Shown here piece by piece: positions 34,340-40,000 of a DNA stretch of 40,000 nucleotides. The stretch lies in the NCBI GenBank assembly GCA_016932505.1, contig JAFGCT010000007.1:8625-48624 (forward strand), written 5' to 3'. A model generated the notes under the pieces. The model was given only the letters and a program-made list of their open reading frames with translations, was not told the origin of the DNA and searched no databases. Numbering within the stretch: the first letter of the stretch is position 1; the number at the start of each line of letters is the position of its first letter. Made by a program: the position numbers and the translations under genes. This stretch comes from Candidatus Peregrinibacteria bacterium. Lineage in GTDB: Bacteria; Patescibacteriota; Gracilibacteria; UM-FILTER-43-11.

Positions 34340-35570
34340 ATGTTTGTAAAATTACAATGCTTCCAAGAATTAACCAAAATATCATAGAGAGATCATTCTT
34401 CCAAAAAGGTGTATCAAAAATTCCATGAATAATTATTCCCCAAAATGCTATTAAAGGATAAGTAAATTTTCGGTGAACTAAAATCAAAAATAAAATCAGT
34501 ACAGAAAGACCAAGTAAACCGGCATTAAGCCAGAACGCGAAAAATATATTATGGGGATGAGGAATATTCCATTCCATTGGAACATGTCCAAGATTCTCAC
34601 GACCACGGGTTTGGTATTCAGCCTGAAATAATCCAGGACCAATTCCTGTTAATGGTTCTTCATTAATAAGACCCCAGGCAATTTCATATACTTCTAATCG
34701 CACTGAAGTACTGGATCTATTTTCCCAATCTAAAAATTGTTTGAATTTTGGTGTATTAATTTGTGTTAAAAGAACGATTGAAAAAGTTAGCACCAATAGT
34801 CCAAAAGCAATTAAAGCTGCTTTCTTTTTCTTTGTTTTCCAAATTATCAAATACAAAACATAAAGACCAATTGAACCAAATACACCGATAATTGCCGCAT
34901 AGGATTGTGTAAAAAACAATGCATGTGCCATTATTGCCAAAGAAGAGACGTCCAAATAATCTGCAATTTCCGGCTTGCCCCTTCTTTGAAATAAAAAATA
35001 AACACTAATAAGTAATGGTGGAACTAAAAACAAAGAAAGATAATTTGCTGATTCATAGAAACCACTCAAACGAAAATCATAAGTTATTCCGCTATCTAAT
35101 ATCGCATATCCATATGAAATCAATGCCACTAATGCACCTGCATATACAAAAGAACGTAGAAGTTTTTTTAAATCTACAGAAGAAGTAATGGACTGCGTAA
35201 GTACAACAAAATAAAGAATCGGAGCAATAATCCACCCCTTCCAAACACCTAATGCAGTACGCTGAGCATCAAGCACTTCCCCGCTTGGTAGATTTATATA
35301 ATGAGGAGCTGTAAGTACACCAATTGTCGCACCTATTATCAAAACAAATGCCAATATCCAATAGTATCTAAGCGGTTTTTGCCAATTTACAGGTATATGT
35401 CTTAAGATTATCGCAAGTAACCAAAGTGAAAAAATCAAATAACAAAAAACCTCAAGAACTGTCATTGGAATTCCGAATAACTGAAAATGCAAAAGATACA
35501 AAGGAAAAACAAAAGGAGAAATCAAAAGAAGTTTTTGTACTATCCCCTGTAATAAATTATTTTTTTTCAT
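34257..35570 (-). CDS. O-antigen ligase/polymerase-family (Wzy_C) polytopic membrane protein
   Basis: At least 10 hydrophobic helices, a periplasmic-loop region with NIPHPHNIFFAFWLNAGLLG, and a basic tail that overlaps the next gene by 83 nt. Confidence 0.8.
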   Translation of the reverse strand: MKKNNLLQGIVQKLLLISPFVFPLYLLHFQLFGIPMTVLEVFCYLIFSLWLLAIILRHIPVNWQKPLRYYWILAFVLIIGATIGVLTAPHYINLPSGEVLDAQRTALGVWKGWIIAPILYFVVLTQSITSSVDLKKLLRSFVYAGALVALISYGYAILDSGITYDFRLSGFYESANYLSLFLVPPLLISVYFLFQRRGKPEIADYLDVSSLAIMAHALFFTQSYAAIIGVFGSIGLYVLYLIIWKTKKKKAALIAFGLLVLTFSIVLLTQINTPKFKQFLDWENRSSTSVRLEVYEIAWGLINEEPLTGIGPGLFQAEYQTRGRENLGHVPMEWNIPHPHNIFFAFWLNAGLLGLSVLILFLILVHRKFTYPLIAFWGIIIHGIFDTPFWKNDLSMIFWLILGSIVILQTYGTDTPKKRTGPIRKRLNPKVVRRPEL

Positions 35571-35617
35571 GGTTTAAGTTGGTATTCGAATTGGTAATCG
35601 TATTGGAGTTAAACCAT

Positions 35618-35663
35618 TCTATTCGATCCTCCATCCGATCCTCTATTCGATCCTCCATCCGAT
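35618..35663. repeat. Tandem tctattcgatcc/tccatccgatcc words (4 x 12 nt)
   Basis: tctattcgatcctccatccgatcctctattcgatcctccatccgat, abutting the hpf stop codon. Confidence 0.9.
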
Positions 35664-35990
35664 TTATTTATGCTCACTAATATGCTGAGTTTTATCTTTG
35701 TAACGTTCAATTTGTCCTTTGATTTTTTCAACAGTATCATCAACTACATTTCTAAGTGAACCATCTAAGGCTTCAGCACGTAATGTATCACCAGGTACAA
35801 AAAGAGTAAGGCTACATGAATAAGAATCTTCTGGTGATTTTGAATTTTTATAGCCTATATCAACTTTAATTTCAGTAGATTCATCGGATATACGAACTGC
35901 ATAAGTGGATAGTTTTTCCACTTTTTCTGTAATCATAGCCTCCTGCTCATCACTTAAAGTAATATTCTGTGAAATAATTCTTATTTGCAT
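35664..35990 (-). CDS. hpf: Ribosome hibernation promoting factor / RaiA family (short form, 108 aa)
   Basis: MQIRIISQNITLSDEQEAMITEKVEKL...VDDTVEKIKGQIERYKDK. The start was moved to the internal ATG at 35988-35990; the upstream 82 codons run through a palindromic spacer. Confidence 0.88.
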   Translation of the reverse strand: MQIRIISQNITLSDEQEAMITEKVEKLSTYAVRISDESTEIKVDIGYKNSKSPEDSYSCSLTLFVPGDTLRAEALDGSLRNVVDDTVEKIKGQIERYKDKTQHISEHK

Positions 35991-36083
35991 ATCTGTCTTT
36001 TTGTTAATTATAAAATCATTTAAAAGTATAGATTGAAAACAGCTCTCAATCAATAGTGAATATGCTTTTTTGAAATGAATAGG

Positions 36084-36155
36084 ATAGATAAGATGAATGG
36101 GATTGGCTAGAACGTGATTAGTTTTCATCACATTCATCCCATTCATCTTATCTAT
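36084..36155. repeat. Long hairpin in the hpf / 36238 divergent spacer
   Basis: atagataagatgaatgggat (36084-36103) is the exact reverse complement of atcccattcatcttatctat (36136-36155), with a 32-nt loop. Confidence 0.85.
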
Positions 36156-36237
36156 TCCACAAAATCCCACAAAAATTCTGGTTTTCAAGTTTTTAATCTT
36201 ATGATACGATAAAACGAGAATTACTAATAAAAACAAA

Positions 36238-38103
36238 ATGTCATTTAAATATCTAGCTGATACATTTTCAGTAGCTCGTGACTCAGATCACTTTATTCAA
36301 TTAAAGTCGCTTAAAAAGCCAAGAATTGATGATCAAGTCTGGATTGCTTTTGAAATTGTCGGTGATTCAAAATTCGCACGTTCAACTGTTCAAAGTATAA
36401 TCGATACTATTGAGGAGGTTTATTTTGAGAATCTTGAACTCGACGCATATGAAAGATTTGAACAAACTTTGAAGGAAATAAATATCATCTACAAAAACAT
36501 CAAAGAAAAAAGAGGTGTTAAATCCCTTGGCACTATTAGTGCCATAATTGCTGTTTTTGCAGGTAGTGAACTATTTCTTACACAATCAAAAAACGCTGAG
36601 GCTTATCTTATAAGAAAAGGAAAGCTCTCACTTGTTAGCGAAGGATTATCTGCAAGGTCAGAAGATTTATTTGTAAATATTGCCGCAGGTGAACTTCTTC
36701 CTGAAGACAAAGTTCTATTCAGTACATCAAGACTTCTTCGCTTAGCAACTCATTCCCAAATAGCACAATTATGCGAAGATGGCATAACTGAAGCATTGGA
36801 TTCAATACGTGAATTAGTACTTTCCGATAACGATTTAAGTATTGGAGTAACCTGTGTTCATGCAAAATTACCTCAACGTGGTGGCGCAAGAACATCATCG
36901 GAAGGAAATAAATATTTAGCAAAAATAAAAGATAAAATATTTTCAGTTTTTAAATCATTAAGTGAAAAATTCGGAGGAAAAATCAATAAAAAAATGGGGC
37001 TGAAAACAGATATGAATAAGAATACAATTTTAGCAATCATACTTTTCATTATTCTTATACTTATTATAAGTGTTTCTTTATTGATAGATGGTCGCAGAGA
37101 CAGCGCCCTAAGAGAAGAATACAGATTACGAATTGAGGCAATGAATCAGGATTTAAATACGGCGAATACTAAAGGTTATGCAAACGATAAAGAAACAGCA
37201 AATGCGATTCTTACAAAAGTTGAAGGTGAAGCCAGAGAAATACTTGAAACAAACTTTTTCCGCGCTGAAACGCTTGCCTTAATTGATAAAATTCAGGAAT
37301 CACGAGACAGTATTAATAATACTGTACGACTTTCCAACGTTACTCCTTACGTAGATCTTAGTACTAAAAACGAAAATATTAAAGCACTTGGACTGCTTAA
37401 TCTGGATGATAATTTCTTCGCATATGAATATAACAACCTATATGAAGTAATTCTGGATCAAGTACTGGACCCAAAAACAATAGACAATACAGAAGTTGTA
37501 ACAACAGGTTCAGCAATGGAAGACATGGGTCTGCTCGTATTCCTTACTCAATCGGGTAGAATTATTGAATATGATGAGGGGCAATTCAGATTTGCCAGTA
37601 CAGAAGATGAAAGCTGGAAACCGGGCAATGCTGTAGCTGCTTATGGTAAATACATCTATATGTTAAGCCCTACTACTAATCAGATTTATAAATACTCAAG
37701 ACTTCGCTCAGATTATTCAAGTGCAACAGAATATAATTCTGATGCTGAATTACAAGATGCTATTTCACTTGCGATTGACGGTAATATATATGTTCTAAAA
37801 AAAGGCGGAGAAATTATTCAACTATTCAAAGGCAAAAAACAACCATTTGAGATTGAAGATCTTGCAACAGACATCACCGAAGCAACTAAAATCTTCACTT
37901 CACCTGATTTGGATGGTCTTTATATTCTTGACCCTGTTAATAAGCGTGTAATTATTATACAAAAGGATTCAGGACCAGGAGGAAGATACCAAGGACAGGT
38001 TTACTTTGAAGATCTTGATAATGTTCAGGATATATATGTTGAAAAAGGTGAAAACAAGCTCTATTTACTGACACAAACAGGAATATTTGCTGTAGATATT
38101 TAA
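36238..38103 (+). CDS. Hypothetical bitopic membrane protein (621 aa)
   Basis: The cytoplasmic N-terminal domain of about 250 aa has a pattern faintly like a degenerate PP2C/SpoIIE fold (ELFLTQSKNAEAYLIRKGKL). TM segment ILAIILFIILILIISVSLLI. The C-terminal half is beta-rich. Confidence 0.75.
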   Translation: MSFKYLADTFSVARDSDHFIQLKSLKKPRIDDQVWIAFEIVGDSKFARSTVQSIIDTIEEVYFENLELDAYERFEQTLKEINIIYKNIKEKRGVKSLGTISAIIAVFAGSELFLTQSKNAEAYLIRKGKLSLVSEGLSARSEDLFVNIAAGELLPEDKVLFSTSRLLRLATHSQIAQLCEDGITEALDSIRELVLSDNDLSIGVTCVHAKLPQRGGARTSSEGNKYLAKIKDKIFSVFKSLSEKFGGKINKKMGLKTDMNKNTILAIILFIILILIISVSLLIDGRRDSALREEYRLRIEAMNQDLNTANTKGYANDKETANAILTKVEGEAREILETNFFRAETLALIDKIQESRDSINNTVRLSNVTPYVDLSTKNENIKALGLLNLDDNFFAYEYNNLYEVILDQVLDPKTIDNTEVVTTGSAMEDMGLLVFLTQSGRIIEYDEGQFRFASTEDESWKPGNAVAAYGKYIYMLSPTTNQIYKYSRLRSDYSSATEYNSDAELQDAISLAIDGNIYVLKKGGEIIQLFKGKKQPFEIEDLATDITEATKIFTSPDLDGLYILDPVNKRVIIIQKDSGPGGRYQGQVYFEDLDNVQDIYVEKGENKLYLLTQTGIFAVDI

Positions 38104-38190
38104 AATTAAAATTACATATAATAAACTGTAAAGACAAGCCATGGCTTGTCTTTACTTGTTTATGGATTACCTTTGTCATACAATAGGCAC

Positions 38191-39390
38191 ATGCTATCCA
38201 CAATAAATTCTGCAATCACAGACCTTAAGAAAGGTAAAATGATAATAGTCATTGATGATGAAGATCGTGAAAACGAAGGCGATTTGGTAATGTCTGCTGA
38301 TTTCATAACACCAAAAGCAGTAAATTTCATGGCAAAAGAAGGCAGAGGTCTTATTTGTGTGCCTATGGAAGAAGAGCTTGCATATAGATTGAATTTTCAC
38401 CCTATGATTACTAATCCGGATGGAAACTGCAATTTTTCAGTATCAGTGGATGCGAAAGAAGGTACAACAACAGGTATATCTGCAACAGATAGAGCTTTAA
38501 CCATCAAAAAAATCACTGATAATAAATCAACTGCAAATGATTTTATAAGACCTGGTCACATGTTTCCTTTGATTGCCAAAAGAGGAGGAGTTTTGGTGCG
38601 AGCAGGACACACAGAAGCTTCTGCGGATTTGATGAAAATTGCTGGGCTTTCCCCTATCGGGGTTATTTGCGAAATAATGAATGATGACGGAACAATGGCA
38701 CGTCTTCCTGATTTGGAAATTTTTGCAAAAAAACACAATTTAAAAATTATTACTATTCAGGATTTAATTAAATTTAGAAGCAATTCTGAAAAACTGATTA
38801 AAAAAGAAGCTGAATCGATTTTAAATACAGAATATGGGGAATTTAAAGTACATATATATAAAAGTTTAATAGATTTTAAGGAACATGTAGCATTAACTAT
38901 TGGGGAGATAAAAAACAGTAAAAATGCGCTTGTTAGGGTGCATTCCGAATGCTTAACGGGAGATATTTTCAGCTCAAAACATTGCGACTGCGGTCAGCAA
39001 CTGGATAAGGCAATGAAAATGATAAGTAAATCTGGATGCGGAGTACTTTTATACATGAGACAAGAAGGGCGAGGTATTGGATTAGCAAACAAAATTAAGG
39101 CTTATAACTTGCAATCAAAAGGCTTTGATACGGTAGAGGCAAATCACAAATTGGGCTTTAAATCAGATTTAAGAGATTACGGAATCGGAGCACAAATACT
39201 CGCGGACTTAGGACTTAAAGAGATAAAACTTCTAACAAACAATCCAAAAAAAGTTATTGGACTTAAGGGTTATGGCCTTAAAATAAACAAAAGAGTAGCT
39301 ATTGAAATCAAACCCAACAACGTTAATTTTAAGTATCTGGAAGTTAAAAAAAGGAAGATGGGGCACCTGCTTAAAAATTTAAACACATAA
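38191..39390 (+). CDS. ribBA: Bifunctional 3,4-dihydroxy-2-butanone-4-phosphate synthase / GTP cyclohydrolase II
   Basis: [12 protein letters not shown] and RAGHTEAS are the RibB motifs. [19 protein letters not shown] and RQEGRGIGL are the RibA motifs. The start was moved to the ATG at 38191. Confidence 0.93.
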   Translation: MLSTINSAITDLKKGKMIIVIDDEDRENEGDLVMSADFITPKAVNFMAKEGRGLICVPMEEELAYRLNFHPMITNPDGNCNFSVSVDAKEGTTTGISATDRALTIKKITDNKSTANDFIRPGHMFPLIAKRGGVLVRAGHTEASADLMKIAGLSPIGVICEIMNDDGTMARLPDLEIFAKKHNLKIITIQDLIKFRSNSEKLIKKEAESILNTEYGEFKVHIYKSLIDFKEHVALTIGEIKNSKNALVRVHSECLTGDIFSSKHCDCGQQLDKAMKMISKSGCGVLLYMRQEGRGIGLANKIKAYNLQSKGFDTVEANHKLGFKSDLRDYGIGAQILADLGLKEIKLLTNNPKKVIGLKGYGLKINKRVAIEIKPNNVNFKYLEVKKRKMGHLLKNLNT

Positions 39391-39459
39391 AGATTTTTCA
39401 GATATTTATTTCTGATTTCTTTACCGTTTCGTAATATTGTCATTTAGCTGTTTATAGAC

Positions 39460-39488
39460 TTGCTTTTTTGGCATTTTTTTGCTATAAT
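39460..39488 (+). promoter_or_regulatory. Candidate sigma70-type promoter
   Basis: TTGCTT, a 17-nt spacer, then TATAAT, 24 nt upstream of the ATG at 39512. Confidence 0.5.
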
Positions 39489-39511
39489 ATTTAGATAAAT
39501 AAATAAAAACC

Positions 39512-39898
39512 ATGCAGAATATTTACGAACAACATAAAGATGCAGTTATAGATCCAAATACTCAGCAAATGCTAAATGAACCCTTGGTAGACAAAACAGG
39601 TTTTAACGAAGGGCATGAAGAGTTCATCAAGATGCTTAAAGCCAAATTGGAAAGCGGTGAACTTGAAACGCATACTCCCGACACGCTTTATAATCACGAA
39701 GTATACGATAGATTGAGTGAAGAAGATCAAGAAAAAGCTTCTCTTACTGCAATTAATTTAATGAGTACTATTCGCCAACTAGAAACTCTTTGGAAATTAG
39801 GACAAAGCGCTACATTCCAAATACAGAATCTTGTTGAAACAGTTTTTCAGATGAAATCAAAATTCGAAGAACAGCACGGCGACGTTTATATAATTTAA
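39512..39898 (+). CDS. Hypothetical protein (128 aa)
   Basis: Clean ORF with a promoter-like sequence upstream. No recognised family. Confidence 0.6.
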   Translation: MQNIYEQHKDAVIDPNTQQMLNEPLVDKTGFNEGHEEFIKMLKAKLESGELETHTPDTLYNHEVYDRLSEEDQEKASLTAINLMSTIRQLETLWKLGQSATFQIQNLVETVFQMKSKFEEQHGDVYII

Positions 39899-39973
39899 CT
39901 TTAAGTGTCTCACGTATTTCGTACCCACGAATCACGAGTCACGAATCACAAAACTATGGGAGAAGGAGATTTT

Positions 39974-40000
39974 ATGCCAATCGGCGGACATCGTAGGAAA
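39974..40000 (+). CDS. 5' end of a gene running off the right edge
   Basis: aaggaga, 6 nt, then ATG, reading MPIGGHRRK. Only 9 codons are visible. Confidence 0.3.

Noticed and set aside
1-40000. Alternative genetic code (UGA recoding) as in some candidate phyla, and hidden tRNA/rRNA genes
   Set aside because: Conserved genes are full length under the standard code, and at least one gene (22857-23339) ends at TGA at a sensible position. No intergenic segment has the GC-rich cloverleaf-like features of a tRNA or similarity to rRNA.

Overview
AT-rich, gene-dense bacterial window using the standard genetic code. Gene content and style resemble a small-genome CPR/Patescibacteria-like organism, but that placement is inference only. 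Recognisable housekeeping genes are a sugar-phosphate nucleotidyltransferase, secD, RNase HI, trxA, HU, topA, groES-groEL with a CIRCE operator, a FemAB-family transferase, purN, a CofE-like ligase, an O-antigen-ligase-family protein, hpf and ribBA. No rRNA, tRNA, CRISPR array, transposase or integrase was seen. Four accessory regions interrupt the core genes. (1) 10.1-12.7 kb is a GC-elevated minus-strand cluster of four tandem paralogous small proteins, one frameshifted, plus one unrelated small protein, sharing a conserved palindrome-containing leader. (2) 15.2-21.5 kb is a very AT-rich defence island with two back-to-back type II-like R-M modules, flanked by a membrane-tethered PD-(D/E)xK-like protein and a membrane NERD protein. 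(3) 21.5-25.3 kb holds cassette-like unknown genes separated by a family of about 140-180 bp palindromic elements with TTGTCTGAACTGTGATT termini. This region includes a GC-rich acidic membrane/coiled-coil gene bracketed by 87-bp inverted repeats (84/87 identical). (4) 28.6-33.6 kb carries two paralogous cytoplasmic proteins (1025 and 499 aa) built from a recurring F-x-P-[YF]-G-x-G...[LT]-G module that I cannot assign to a known family. In addition, secD carries an embedded parvulin (PpiC) domain. Many intergenic spacers are built from their own private short word, repeated directly and invertedly right next to start codons. I could not name a known system for the candidate novel loci, and all functional ideas for them are hypotheses.
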